Shown here: piece after piece, positions 39,734-50,335 of the stretch | How positions within the stretch are numbered: position 1 is the stretch's first letter | How the letters are laid out: the number at the start of each line of letters is the position of its first letter | Assembly: GCA_951813565.1 (NCBI GenBank) | Contig: OX638351.1 | Coordinates: 1,472,001 to 1,536,000 of the forward strand | Source: an uncultured Poribacteria bacterium | Lineage (GTDB): Bacteria > Poribacteria > WGA-4E > WGA-3G | Reading direction: 5' to 3' | DNA length: 64,000 nucleotides | Notes under the pieces: model-generated | Told to the model about the DNA's origin: nothing | Database searches by the model: none | The model's input: only the letters and a program-made list of their open reading frames with translations | Made by a program: the position numbers and the translations under genes

Positions 39734-40381
39734 ATGTCAAAAATTCTCGTGCTATCAGGCGAAAACCATCGTTTCAATGCAAGCGCAAGTGTCATCCACA
39801 GTTTTCTGGATGCAGATACAGAGATTTCAGCAACACTAACCGACGATAAAGATGTTTTAGCATCTAAGGATTTAAATACTTACGATGCGTGTGTATTCGG
39901 CACCGGTTTCACCCGCTCGGAACGTCAGGAAGATGGCACTTCCAAACGCGTTCCAGATTTGACCGATGCTCAAGAAGATGGTCTGTTTCAGTTCGTGAGT
40001 GGTGGCAAAGGATTAGTCGGCATTCATGGTACTGCGTGGTGGATCGGTGGTCGTGCTGTTGATCTCATTGGTGGACATGCAAACTGGCATCCTCCAGGTT
40101 CAACTTTCACTGTGCATATTCAGGACACTGAACACCCCACGACCCAAGGCGTTTCGGATTTTGACGTCGAAGATGAGATTTACATTTCAGCGCACGACCC
40201 ACACATCCATGTATTAGCAACTGCGGAATGGTTTGGTAAGGCGCATCCGATGGCATGGGTTAAACCCTACGGTTCGGGTAGAGTATTTTATACAACCTTA
40301 GGACACGGCTCGGGGACCTTTGAACGTGTCGGAATGCAGAAATTCCTTATACAAGCAGTAAAGTGGGCTGCTACATCGTAA
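39734..40381 (+). CDS. ThuA-like (GATase-fold) domain protein
   Basis: GGKGLVGIHG, EDEIY, PMAWVKPYGSGRVFYTTLGH; RBS aaggagg. Confidence 0.88.
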   Translation: MSKILVLSGENHRFNASASVIHSFLDADTEISATLTDDKDVLASKDLNTYDACVFGTGFTRSERQEDGTSKRVPDLTDAQEDGLFQFVSGGKGLVGIHGTAWWIGGRAVDLIGGHANWHPPGSTFTVHIQDTEHPTTQGVSDFDVEDEIYISAHDPHIHVLATAEWFGKAHPMAWVKPYGSGRVFYTTLGHGSGTFERVGMQKFLIQAVKWAATS

Positions 40382-40391
40382 AGTTCCAAAG

Positions 40392-41480
40392 ATGCACACG
40401 CTAAAAATCAAAAATGTAGAAACCGAAATCATCCATGTCAACCATCGCGGCAATTGGCTTTTCGTTAAGTTACATGCTGAAGATGGCACAACTGGTATCG
40501 GTGAGGCTTCGCACGGTAGAGACGACGAACGTGTCAGACACCTAATTGATACCCTAAAACCCGATATTATAGAAATAAATGTGTTTGAGTTAGAAGCATT
40601 TCGCCGCCGTTTTTTTCGTGATAGTGAGGGACATACTTATCATACCGCAATTAGTGGAATTGAACAGGCGATGTGGGACTTAGCAGGCAAAGCGTTAGGA
40701 GTACCGAGTTACCAATTGCTGGGTGGTAAGTGCCGAAATCGGATTCGTTTATATGCAAATATAAACCGTGCGACAGTAGATCGGAGTCCGCTTGGTTTTG
40801 CACGCAATGCCGAGCAAGCAGTCGCTGAAGGATTTACAGCAATCAAATGCGCGCCGTTTGATGGCGTATCGGTTTCGGATATATCAAAGGGAACGCTTAC
40901 ACCTGCTATTCGTTTAGGTATTGATCGAATCCGTGCGATTCGGACTGCTATCGGACCTAAAATTGATTTAATGGTAGATTGCCACAGTCGGTTTAATCCC
41001 GGTCTTATGATTCAAACTGCTAAAGCGTTAGACGACCTCAACCTATTTTGGATTGAAGATCCAGTGCCGTTGACTGATCTTGATGCCGTTGCACATGTAA
41101 GCCAATCTACCTCTATGCCGATAGCAACAGGTGAGCGCTTGCGTACACTGACTGATTTTGATCGCCTGCTAAAACGAGGGAGCGTTGACTATATTTTACC
41201 GGATGTCAAACATGTTGGTGGTTTGTTGGGTTTAAAAAAGATAGCGTCCCTTGCAGAGACAACGAACGTCAAAGTAACACCTCATAACCCAAGCGGTCCC
41301 GTCGCAACAGTTGCAAGCGTGCAATGCATGGCAAGCGTGCCGAACTTTGGCATCCTTGAATATGCTTGGGGTGAGGTAGATTGGCGTAGTTCACTCGTTG
41401 ATCCACCCGAACAAATTATTAACGGTTTTATTGAACTTTCAACACGATCAGGACTTGGTATATCACTCAAATCCTTATAA
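40392..41480 (+). CDS. Mandelate racemase/enolase-superfamily dehydratase (DgoD-like)
   Basis: ISGIEQAMWDLAGK, MVDCH, WIEDP, ATGER, PHNPSGP. Confidence 0.88.
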   Translation: MHTLKIKNVETEIIHVNHRGNWLFVKLHAEDGTTGIGEASHGRDDERVRHLIDTLKPDIIEINVFELEAFRRRFFRDSEGHTYHTAISGIEQAMWDLAGKALGVPSYQLLGGKCRNRIRLYANINRATVDRSPLGFARNAEQAVAEGFTAIKCAPFDGVSVSDISKGTLTPAIRLGIDRIRAIRTAIGPKIDLMVDCHSRFNPGLMIQTAKALDDLNLFWIEDPVPLTDLDAVAHVSQSTSMPIATGERLRTLTDFDRLLKRGSVDYILPDVKHVGGLLGLKKIASLAETTNVKVTPHNPSGPVATVASVQCMASVPNFGILEYAWGEVDWRSSLVDPPEQIINGFIELSTRSGLGISLKSL

Positions 41481-41507
41481 ACGAACACTCTTTTAGGATA
41501 CAAACTC

Positions 41508-42251
41508 ATGAAACTATTTACACTTTTTAATTTACTTCTGATTGTCTGTTTGGTCGGTTGTCTTGGCAGCCAGCAGACAACACAGACACTTGAGACAGAA
41601 ACCGCATCCACTGAAACAGAAACGTCTAACGCCCTCGCGGTGCTTGAACTTTCAACACCTAAAACAACCTATTCAGCGCAAGAAGCAATTCCGTTAGAAC
41701 TTACGATTCAAAACGGTAAGTTTGATCTGCTTGTGCCGTTTTCCAGCGTTTCAACACAAAGTGCTTTCAAACTACTTGCGGTGACAGATAGCAACGGTGA
41801 GGTCGTTAAGATGAAAACACGGGTTCCGCTCGCAAATCCTCTCAAAACGCTTTACAAAGATGGGAAATCTGTCAGGTGTATTCAAGGCTTTGATATGAAA
41901 GCAGGTGCGACGCAGACAGTTTCTCTGGAAAATCTGCAGACACATTATCAACTTCAACCCGGCAGTTACACAGTAAAAGTTGTGATTGAATTAGAGGTAT
42001 ACCGAGAATCTATGGAAGATCAGCATCCAGAAGTGATTGAATTACAGCGCGAAATCCAGAAATATCAGAATAGCACAAACCCACAGTTTACCCCAGAGGC
42101 AAAAAAGGAAGCAATCAGTTACACGCAGGATCAAATTGATTTCATCAAAGAGAAGCATAAGGAAGCGCTGCAAAACATCTATTTGCCGCTCAAATCGCTT
42201 CGTGGGAAAGCATCTCTTGAATCTAATACTATTTCTCTGACCATACAGTAA
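41508..42251 (+). CDS. Hypothetical lipoprotein
   Basis: Signal peptide with lipobox-like LVGC. Confidence 0.7.
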   Translation: MKLFTLFNLLLIVCLVGCLGSQQTTQTLETETASTETETSNALAVLELSTPKTTYSAQEAIPLELTIQNGKFDLLVPFSSVSTQSAFKLLAVTDSNGEVVKMKTRVPLANPLKTLYKDGKSVRCIQGFDMKAGATQTVSLENLQTHYQLQPGSYTVKVVIELEVYRESMEDQHPEVIELQREIQKYQNSTNPQFTPEAKKEAISYTQDQIDFIKEKHKEALQNIYLPLKSLRGKASLESNTISLTIQ

Positions 42252-42406
42252 AGATTACGAAACGACAACATTTATCGGCAATTAAGCGTCACTTGCCGCG
42301 TCTGCTCGTTAGAATCTTATCCTTGAATTTTAGGACTTAGGCACTTTGCTCGTTTTCAGACGTTACAGCGTTTGTAGTCGCGCAATTCATTGTGCCTCTT
42401 ACATTT

Positions 42407-42556
42407 CAGGACTTACGCACTTTTTTTAAAGTCCCTCTGATAAGGGGATTTAGGGGGCGGGCCCCATAGCGATAGCGTATGGGGAGATAAAATACCGAAA
42501 TTACGGCTTTTTAAGTCCAACTATTTCCTTTTTTTGCTCATTTTGCGTAAGTCCTG
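42407..42556. mobile_element. MITE with 13-bp perfect TIR and 6-bp target-site duplication
   Basis: ACATTT|caggacttacgca...tgcgtaagtcctg|ACATTT. Confidence 0.85.
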
Positions 42557-42622
42557 ACATTTATCTTAGTCGCAAGAGACACTCAGAGTTCCACCGTGCT
42601 TGACAGACTCTTTCGTGCCATA

Positions 42623-43399
42623 CTATTCTTTAGGTCGCCAGAGATGTTCTTCAGTTATTCCCAATTCTTCCAAAATTGGTTCAAGTAATGATAATTCTCC
42701 CAGCTGCTTTGTGTTATGCGCATCGCTCCCAATGAGCAATTTCACATCCCGTTCCAAGCATAGTTGATAGAACTCAATGAGGTGGAGTTGATTGTAACGG
42801 ACCATCTTAGGACTGATCTCTATACCCAAACCGCGCTGAGAAGCAAGGTCCAGTTGATAAATTAACCTTTTCTGCTCAAGGTTGCGCATCATTTCCTGTC
42901 CAAAAGCAGCAAGTTCCTCTTGAGTAAACTGAAAGACATCTGGGGAGAGCAGAAATGGATGGACGACTGCATCGGTGATAGGACAAGCAATCGCTGCCTC
43001 AAACATATAAATTTCGTGGAGTGCCACACGCCGTGGATCGCGAAAACTTCTCGGTTGTGCGACACCTCGTAGGTGGTAGTGATTCGGAGCCATCAGGACA
43101 TAATCAAAATATGATGCCAAACGAATGTTAATTGAGGTAACCTGATATTCCAACATCTGTGACTCCACACCAAAATGCACTTCAATTGATGCGTCCGCCT
43201 GCTTTATTGCCTCCCGTGCAGCTTGAATCGTTTTTACTTTGGACTGATAACTGTAATCATGATCAGTTATCCCGATTGCTTCAGTCCCACGTTCCTGTTG
43301 AAATTGAATAATTTTCTCTATACTAAATTCATTGTCCGCACATCCGGAAAGTTGTGTATGGATATGGTAGTCACAACTAAACATTTCGTACTCCTTCAA
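42623..43399 (-). CDS. PHP domain phosphoesterase
   Basis: DYHIHT, GITDH, GSDAH. Confidence 0.88.
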   Translation of the reverse strand: MKEYEMFSCDYHIHTQLSGCADNEFSIEKIIQFQQERGTEAIGITDHDYSYQSKVKTIQAAREAIKQADASIEVHFGVESQMLEYQVTSINIRLASYFDYVLMAPNHYHLRGVAQPRSFRDPRRVALHEIYMFEAAIACPITDAVVHPFLLSPDVFQFTQEELAAFGQEMMRNLEQKRLIYQLDLASQRGLGIEISPKMVRYNQLHLIEFYQLCLERDVKLLIGSDAHNTKQLGELSLLEPILEELGITEEHLWRPKE

Positions 43400-43655
43400 A
43401 CTTTTTCATTCCTAATAGAATTATTGCAAAATATTAGATGTATTGCAACAAAAAATTGCAGAAGCGATAAACCGTTAACATAAAATGTTCCAAGAACACC
43501 TTCAACTTTTAAAATAACGGAAATACGTGAGTCACTATTTTTTTCCTTGCAAATTTCAACTAAATTAGGATATACTTTTATAGACTCAATAAAAAAATAA
43601 CACACCGCAAGACTAACTGATAAAGACTTGGTTCTAAAAATAAGGGTAATTATAG

Positions 43656-44066
43656 ATGCTATTTAATTTTGCAAATGTCCTGATTTTTTTAGTTGTCGGC
43701 TGCCTATTTGTCATCTTAAACCTTACTATTTCTCGCCTCCTGCATACAAAACTGTTTTCAGGCGAAAAATATATCCCTTATGAATGCGGGGAAGACCCAA
43801 TTGGCGACACACGGATCAAGTTCAACACTCGTTTTTACGTTATTGCACTTATCTTTTTAATCTTTGACGTGGAAGTCGTTTTCCTTCTTCCATGGGCAGT
43901 TGTTTTCCGAAGTTTAGGTCTCTTTGCATTTTTGGAAATGCTTGTCTTTATAGCAATTTTATTAGTTGGTCTCGCTTATGTCTGGGCAAAAGGCGATCTT
44001 GAGTGGATACGTTCTACGCAATTAGAGGTCCAATCCTTCCAGAGGGAGGAAAGTTATGATAATTGA
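43656..44066 (+). CDS. nuoA: NADH-quinone oxidoreductase subunit A
   Basis: PYECGE, FLIFDVE, KGDLEW. Confidence 0.95.
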   Translation: MLFNFANVLIFLVVGCLFVILNLTISRLLHTKLFSGEKYIPYECGEDPIGDTRIKFNTRFYVIALIFLIFDVEVVFLLPWAVVFRSLGLFAFLEMLVFIAILLVGLAYVWAKGDLEWIRSTQLEVQSFQREESYDN

Positions 44067-44679
44067 TGAAAAATTAGATAAAAACGTTATTGTTACTTCA
44101 GTTGATGCCGTTGCGAATTGGGCGCGTTCCTCAGCGCTTTGGCCGATGACGTTTGGTCTTGCTTGCTGTGCAATCGAGTTTATGGCTACCGCTGCTTCTA
44201 ACTACGACTTGGACAGATTCGGGGCAGGTGTTCCGCGTGCAACACCACGCCAATCTGATTTAATGGTGATCTCTGGTACTGTAACGCTGAAAATGGCAAC
44301 ACGTATCAAACGCCTTTATGAGCAAATGCCTGAACCCAAGTACGTTATTTCTATGGGAAGCTGCGCTACCAGTGGTGGTCCTTATTGGCAGCATGGATAC
44401 CACGTTCTAAAAGGTGTTGATCGGATAATCCCCGTTGACGTTTACGTGCCCGGATGTCCCCCGCGCCCAGAAGCACTTATTGAAGGTTTGTTAAAATTAC
44501 AGGAAAAAATCAAAACCCAAACCGTCGCAAAACGTGCTAATGTTCCGTTCCTGAAAAGACTTTTCACCAAAACAGAATGGTACGAACACGAAAAAACTGA
44601 ACAGACTGAAGGTGCTGATGAAACAGAAACGGCTGCATCTGAAGCATCTGAAGACCAAGCCGCTGAAACTACCGCATAA
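44056..44679 (+). CDS. nuoB: NADH-quinone oxidoreductase subunit B
   Basis: [21 protein letters not shown]. Confidence 0.97.
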   Translation: MIIDEKLDKNVIVTSVDAVANWARSSALWPMTFGLACCAIEFMATAASNYDLDRFGAGVPRATPRQSDLMVISGTVTLKMATRIKRLYEQMPEPKYVISMGSCATSGGPYWQHGYHVLKGVDRIIPVDVYVPGCPPRPEALIEGLLKLQEKIKTQTVAKRANVPFLKRLFTKTEWYEHEKTEQTEGADETETAASEASEDQAAETTA

Positions 44680-44712
44680 AACCAGTACTATCTCATCTGG
44701 AGTAGATATTAC

Positions 44713-45198
44713 GTGAACCCAGAAGAAATTTATAAAATCCTAACCGACAAGTTTGATGAATCTGTCCTCGGTTTTGACACCGAACTTGCGGGTGACCCAA
44801 GTATTCAAATTGCGCCATCAGCAATTGCAGACGTGTGTCAATTTCTTGCAGAAACTGACACGTTGGCGTTCGATTCGTTGATGTGTCTTAGCGGTGTTGA
44901 TCTGGGCGCCAAGGAAGAATATCTCTCTGTCGTCTACCATCTCTACGCTATGCAACATAGGCATAATGTGGTTTTGAAAGCACCCGTGCCGAAAACTGAC
45001 GCGCATCTTCCAAGTGTTTCACATATCTGGAAAACTGCGGATTGGCATGAGCGTGAAGCGTACGATCTATACGGTATTCTCTTTGAGGGGCACACCGACC
45101 TGCGCCGTATCCTACTTCCCGATGATTGGGAAGGATATCCGTTACGAAAAGATTACAAAGAACCCGACTTCTATCGTGGAATGCGCGTGCCTTACTAA
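44713..45198 (+). CDS. nuoC: NADH-quinone oxidoreductase subunit C
   Basis: WHEREAYDLYG, GHTDLRRILL, YPLRKDY. Confidence 0.95.
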   Translation: MNPEEIYKILTDKFDESVLGFDTELAGDPSIQIAPSAIADVCQFLAETDTLAFDSLMCLSGVDLGAKEEYLSVVYHLYAMQHRHNVVLKAPVPKTDAHLPSVSHIWKTADWHEREAYDLYGILFEGHTDLRRILLPDDWEGYPLRKDYKEPDFYRGMRVPY

Positions 45199-45205
45199 GC
45201 AATAA

Positions 45206-46459
45206 ATGAAACAAATAGACATAATAGATAAAGTCAATCCTCAAAACCCCACTATGGAAACCACACAACAGACAGAATCAAAAATAATAGAATTGAAACC
45301 TTTTACTGATGAGATGGTCGTAAATATGGGACCTCAACATCCAAGTACACACGGGGTGTTACGTCTGGAATTGAGGTTGGATGGTGAGGTAGTGCGGGAA
45401 GCTATTCCACATATCGGTTATCTACATCGCTGTTTTGAGAAGCATTCAGAAAATCTCTCTTACCCCCAAATCATTCCTTTCACTGATCGCATGGATTATG
45501 TAGCGGCAATGAACCAGAATTGGGGGTTTTGTCTTGCTGTTGAAAAACTGATGGCAGCAGATGAAACAAAGGATTTTGCAGTGCCGGAACGCGCAGAATA
45601 TCTACGTGTACTTATCTGTGAATTAAATCGGATTGCAAGTCATCTGTTATCTTTTGGAACGTATGGCATGGACATTGGGGCGTTTACACCGTTTCTCTAT
45701 GCGTTTCGCGATCGAGAACGACTCCTCCTACTTTTTGAGAAAATCTGCGGTGCACGACTTACCTATAACTATATCCGCATCGGTGGTGTCTCTGAAATCA
45801 TCCCTATGGAACCAGGTTCCGTTGATGAACAGAATTTTTTGGACGAAATTAAAGATTTTCTCGACTACTTTGAGCCGAAGATTGACGAATACAACGACCT
45901 TTTAACATCAAACAGCATTTTCTCCGAGAGGACTATGCGGGTCGCTGTGATGTCTGCAGAAATGGCGCTTAGCTACGGTGCGACTGGTCCAAATCTTCGC
46001 GGCTCAGGCATTGATTGGGATTTACGACGAGATGAACCGTATTCTATTTATGACCGATTTGATTTTGATGTACCTGTTGCTAAGGATATTCCGGAGTTAG
46101 GGGCTGTTGTCGGGGACTGCTGGAGTCGCTACAAAGTGCGTATGGACGAAATGAAGGAATCAGTGCGAATAGTCCGACAAATTTTAGCGGAAGGTCTACC
46201 CGATGGTCCTGTCATGGCAGATTTGAAAGCTGTGCGTCCACCAAAAGGTGAAATCTATTTCCGTAGTGAAGCACCGCGCGGTGAACTCGGATTTTATATA
46301 GTGAGTGACGGTACACCGAAGCCAGTACGCCTAAAAGGACGTTCCCCCTGTTTCAGTGCGTTAAGCGCGCTACAAGAACTGAGTCGTGGTTTGATGGTTG
46401 CAGATATTATTGCGATTATTGGTAGCATTGATATTGTCATGGGAGAAGTTGATCGGTAA
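45206..46459 (+). CDS. nuoD: NADH-quinone oxidoreductase subunit D
   Basis: NMGPQHPSTHGVLRL, GYLHRCFEK, EAPRGE, GEVDR. Confidence 0.97.
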   Translation: MKQIDIIDKVNPQNPTMETTQQTESKIIELKPFTDEMVVNMGPQHPSTHGVLRLELRLDGEVVREAIPHIGYLHRCFEKHSENLSYPQIIPFTDRMDYVAAMNQNWGFCLAVEKLMAADETKDFAVPERAEYLRVLICELNRIASHLLSFGTYGMDIGAFTPFLYAFRDRERLLLLFEKICGARLTYNYIRIGGVSEIIPMEPGSVDEQNFLDEIKDFLDYFEPKIDEYNDLLTSNSIFSERTMRVAVMSAEMALSYGATGPNLRGSGIDWDLRRDEPYSIYDRFDFDVPVAKDIPELGAVVGDCWSRYKVRMDEMKESVRIVRQILAEGLPDGPVMADLKAVRPPKGEIYFRSEAPRGELGFYIVSDGTPKPVRLKGRSPCFSALSALQELSRGLMVADIIAIIGSIDIVMGEVDR

Positions 46460-46469
46460 CAACATCTAA

Positions 46470-46775
46470 ATGGAGTTTACAATGAGAATCACAACTATGA
46501 CACAAGCAAAGATAGTTTTTTGGACTGCCACAGTGATGGTCGTTCTCGCAGCGTTAATAGTGTTCTTGACCAATTTTGATGGGGCACTCTTGCTTATTGG
46601 TGCAATATTGCTGTATGAAGCGGTTGCTCGATCTGAACCGGGACGTGAAATATTTCCAAACCAAACGAGTCTCTTGCCTAAGAACAAGGTATTTTTGTGG
46701 ATATTCGCATTGTCAGGGATTCTACTGACTGTAAATTCGGTTTTAGAACTTTGGAAATTTGTGTTTGCCGCATAG
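46470..46775 (+). CDS. Small hypothetical membrane protein between nuoD and nuoH
   Basis: 101 aa, three hydrophobic stretches, ggag RBS before the internal ATG. Confidence 0.55.
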   Translation: MEFTMRITTMTQAKIVFWTATVMVVLAALIVFLTNFDGALLLIGAILLYEAVARSEPGREIFPNQTSLLPKNKVFLWIFALSGILLTVNSVLELWKFVFAA

Positions 46776-46851
46776 CATAGGTAGTATCCTAAAGTAAGGG
46801 ATAGATTTATTTGTGGACAGTGTAGGTATTCCGAATCTATTAGGAGATTAG

Positions 46852-48078
46852 ATGTCAGATTTTTTATCTCAGTTTTTTTCTCCAAGAATAAATTTGCAAG
46901 AGGAAACCAATTGGGCAACAGATTTCGTCCAAAATGTTATCATCGCGAGATTTCCTGATTTCCCTGTGGAGTTGGGTTCTGTCCTTGTAATGTTAGTATG
47001 TGCGGGCATTTTCGTCGCTGTTGTGCCATTGCTCCCACTGGTGCTGGTGCTTGCCGAGCGGAAAGTTGCTGCACGTTTTCAGAACCGTACCGGTCCTATG
47101 CGTGTTGGTCCCTGGGGCACGCTACAAACGTTGGCAGACGGCATAAAACTCATTTTCAAAGAGGATTATATCCCGCCACAAGGCGATAAACTGCTTTTCT
47201 TGCTTGCTCCCTATATCATTTTTGCATGCTCTTTCGCAGTTTTCGCCGCTATCCCATTCAGTCAAGAAATATTGGTGAGCGACTTTAATATCGGCATCTT
47301 CTACATCATGGCGATCTCCTCTGTGATTGTGATGGGGGTAATTATGGCAGGTTGGTCCTCAAACAGTAAATGGTCACTGTTGGGTTCATTACGCTCCGCT
47401 GCACAGATTGTCAGTTATGAAATCCCTCTCGGTCTCTCTATTTTAACCGTCGTTATGCTTGTGGAAAGTTTAAGCATGAGTCAGATTGTGGCAAGTCAGG
47501 AGGGCGGTATTTTCACTTGGCTCATTTTCCGAACACCATTTACCTTTATTGCATTCTTTATTTTCTTTATATCTTCTATTGCTGAAGTCAATCGAACACC
47601 ATTTGATCTGCCCGAAGCGGAATCTGAGATTGTTGCCGGATTTCATACCGAATATAGTGGCATGCGGTTTGCGTTCTTCTTTATCGCCGAATACGCAAAT
47701 ATGTTTGCTGTCAGTGCAATTGCCGTGACGCTTTTCCTTGGTGGATGGCAAGGTGTCTTGCCGGGGTACGATTTCCTCGGAGGTTTCCCAGGGTTCGTTA
47801 TCAAAACATTAGGACTCGTCTTCCTGATGATGTGGTTGAGGTGGACACTGCCACGTTTACGAGTCGATCAACTCATGAATCTGTGCTGGAAATATTTTAT
47901 TCCTATTTCTTTCTTTAACATTTTAGGCACAGGAATATGGGGTCTGATTTTTAGACATGATGATGTATGGAGTATCGGAATCAGTTGTGCGATTATCTAT
48001 GTGGGTCTAATCGGCGCGTATGCCGTCGCTGGCAGGAATCTTGCGCGAAAACCTGAGCCACAAGCGAGCTCAGTTTAA
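46852..48078 (+). CDS. nuoH: NADH-quinone oxidoreductase subunit H
   Basis: ERKVAARFQNRTGP, ADGIKLIFKED, NRTPFDLPEAESE. Confidence 0.96.
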   Translation: MSDFLSQFFSPRINLQEETNWATDFVQNVIIARFPDFPVELGSVLVMLVCAGIFVAVVPLLPLVLVLAERKVAARFQNRTGPMRVGPWGTLQTLADGIKLIFKEDYIPPQGDKLLFLLAPYIIFACSFAVFAAIPFSQEILVSDFNIGIFYIMAISSVIVMGVIMAGWSSNSKWSLLGSLRSAAQIVSYEIPLGLSILTVVMLVESLSMSQIVASQEGGIFTWLIFRTPFTFIAFFIFFISSIAEVNRTPFDLPEAESEIVAGFHTEYSGMRFAFFFIAEYANMFAVSAIAVTLFLGGWQGVLPGYDFLGGFPGFVIKTLGLVFLMMWLRWTLPRLRVDQLMNLCWKYFIPISFFNILGTGIWGLIFRHDDVWSIGISCAIIYVGLIGAYAVAGRNLARKPEPQASSV

Positions 48079-48155
48079 ATTGTGGTATCAACAATAAAGA
48101 AAAATCACATTAGTTTTTATGGATAGAAATTGCTAAGCAAATTCAGGAGTACATT

Positions 48156-48445
48156 ATGGATACTGCAAAAATTGTTTTGTACCTCGTAAAAACGGATCAC
48201 AAATTTCAATGGATGCTTGCCGCAATCTTTTTGATGTTTGTAGGTCTTTTCGTAGTATTCTTCGGTAAGTCAATTGGTTTGGAAACCAATACAAAAAATT
48301 TAATTACAAACGGATTGTTTGGATCGGCTGCTTAATTTTCTTTTTTGTCAGTGAAAAGAGCAAATATTTTAACCTGTTTATGTGTGGATTTTTTAGTGCA
48401 TTATTTCTCATGACTCTTTTCGATCTATTGGGGCATGGTTGGTAA
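48156..48445 (+). pseudogene. Small membrane protein gene with probable frameshift near 48332
   Basis: RBS aggag; 59 codons (MDTAKIVL...GSAA*), hydrophobic reading continues in the -1 frame (LIFFFVSEK...LLGHGW*). Confidence 0.5.
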
Positions 48446-48496
48446 TCTGCATCTGTAGTGTCAAGAAAACTACAGACTTAAAAAGGAACATTTGTT

Positions 48497-49216
48497 ATGG
48501 ACAAATACATACGCAACATATATAAAGGCGTTTATACCGTCCTCGTTGGTATGCGGATCACGATTCGGCAGTTTTTTGAACCCAACGTCACGCACCAATA
48601 TCCTTATGAACACGATTTTGAAAAGAAACAGAACGTACGAGAGATTCCGAAAGGGTATCGTGGGCAACTTTACAATCGGATTGAGGATTGTATCGGGTGC
48701 AAAAAATGTGAATTGATTTGCCCTGTAGATTGTATTACGATTACAGGTGACAAACTTCCGAAAGGTGAACAACTCTGGGATAGTATGAACGTCGTGCATC
48801 TCAAGGATGGGCGTGAAGTCATCGGAATCATTGAAGGTGACGACAAGAAAATAATGTCAGAAGACTCCATGACTATTACAAATATAACGACACGCTTAGG
48901 ATCACAAGAAGTCGTTGACCGCTTGGAGCCATCGGAAGATGAAAGCCGAACTGAAACCTTTACCACAGACGAAGTGTCTCGCGTCGTTACGCGAAACCCC
49001 GTTGTTTTCTATCTCGACCAGTTCGATATTGATATGTCCCTCTGTATGTATTGTGGGCTTTGCACGGAAGTTTGTCCAACACAATGCCTCGTTATGAAGG
49101 ATTCACTTGAAGGTATTGAGTATTCAAGTTTTGACCGCACAGACTTAATTTTCAATTTTGACAAACAGGAAATGTACGATAAAGACGAAGCGGATAACAC
49201 ACAAGCTGCAGATTAG
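48497..49216 (+). CDS. nuoI: NADH-quinone oxidoreductase subunit I (large inter-cluster insertion)
   Basis: QYPYE, CIGCKKCELICP and CMYCGLCTEVCP. Confidence 0.92.
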   Translation: MDKYIRNIYKGVYTVLVGMRITIRQFFEPNVTHQYPYEHDFEKKQNVREIPKGYRGQLYNRIEDCIGCKKCELICPVDCITITGDKLPKGEQLWDSMNVVHLKDGREVIGIIEGDDKKIMSEDSMTITNITTRLGSQEVVDRLEPSEDESRTETFTTDEVSRVVTRNPVVFYLDQFDIDMSLCMYCGLCTEVCPTQCLVMKDSLEGIEYSSFDRTDLIFNFDKQEMYDKDEADNTQAAD

Positions 49217-49257
49217 GGCAGTTCTACGTTCAAAGTTTTTGCAAGAATAGTTTATAA

Positions 49258-49776
49258 ATGGAATTTACACTCAAAACATTTATTTTTTACGGATTCGCAC
49301 TTTTGACAATTGCCTCAGCACTGGCAGTGGTAACCGTGCGAAACATTGTCCATGCGGCATTTGCGCTAATGGTCACGCTGTTTGGGGTTGCGGGGCTTTA
49401 CGTGTTTTTACAAGCAGATTTTCTCGCAGCAACACAGGTGATTGTCTACGTCGGTGGTATTCTGGTGCTTATCCTCTTCGGTGTTATGATGACAAGCGGA
49501 CGGTTGGAGATGCGTATCCACATTGAACGCGGTCAACTGCTGTTAGGCGGTGGGATTTCTCTTGCACTGCTTATGCTCCTTTTGACTGTGATTGCCAATA
49601 CACCTAAATGGGAAAATCTTACCGATGACGGAACGGCATTTGCACCAACAACTGAACGCATCGGTAAACTAATTTTGAATGAAAAATTTCTACTACCGTT
49701 TGAGGTTGCTTCTGTGCTGCTATTAGTTGCGTTAATCGGTGCTGCGCTTATTTCTCGCAAGGAGGTCCGGGATTAA
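49258..49776 (+). CDS. nuoJ: NADH-quinone oxidoreductase subunit J
   Basis: QVIVYVGGILVLILFGVM, PFEVASVLLLVALIGA. Confidence 0.95.
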   Translation: MEFTLKTFIFYGFALLTIASALAVVTVRNIVHAAFALMVTLFGVAGLYVFLQADFLAATQVIVYVGGILVLILFGVMMTSGRLEMRIHIERGQLLLGGGISLALLMLLLTVIANTPKWENLTDDGTAFAPTTERIGKLILNEKFLLPFEVASVLLLVALIGAALISRKEVRD

Positions 49777-49800
49777 TCCCTTGTATTTTTTAATTGAGTT

Positions 49801-50005
49801 TGTGGGTTGGGTAAAGCACAAGCGAAATCCAACGCTATAGTATGTGTCCAAATCAATGTAAAATGCGCGTGGCAGAACACGCTTGTGGTATTCTGCATGA
49901 TTTGTCGGGTTTCACGTTGTTCTACCGGACCTACAGCGATTTACTTTCGTAAGATTGAGTCTTTAGTTCGTAGGTTGGGTAGAGCGCAAAGCGAAACCCA
50001 ACGCT
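49801..50005. repeat. REP-like cluster between nuoJ and nuoK
   Basis: gtgggttgggtaaagc..gcgaaatccaac; gtaggttgggtagagcgcaaagcgaaacccaac. Confidence 0.65.
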
Positions 50006-50015
50006 TAGGATAAAA

Positions 50016-50324
50016 ATGAGTCTACAACACTATTTGGTAATCAGTGCAATTCTATTTACGCTCGGTATTTTTGCAGTGCTAACTCGGAAAAACGCTATCA
50101 GCATTCTGATGGGTATTGAACTTATTCTCAATTCCTGTAATCTTAACTTCGTTGCATTTTCGCGCTTTGTTACGCCACCCGAAATTATTGATGGTCAGAT
50201 AATCGCTATCTTCGGTATTGTGCTTGCCGCAGCAGAAGCAGCTGTTTTTCTCGCAATTATTCTCGCTATTTACCGTGAATTCGGTAGCATCCGTCCAGAC
50301 GAAGTGGATACTTTGAAAGGTTAA
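50016..50324 (+). CDS. nuoK: NADH-quinone oxidoreductase subunit K
   Basis: LMGIELILN, AAAEAAV. Confidence 0.95.
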   Translation: MSLQHYLVISAILFTLGIFAVLTRKNAISILMGIELILNSCNLNFVAFSRFVTPPEIIDGQIIAIFGIVLAAAEAAVFLAIILAIYREFGSIRPDEVDTLKG

Positions 50325-50335
50325 AAACAAAAAAC

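Noticed and set aside
46466..46918. 150-aa minus-strand ORF inside the nuo operon
   Set aside because: Antisense shadow of the plus-strand ORF and nuoH start, like most short overlapping ORFs in the track
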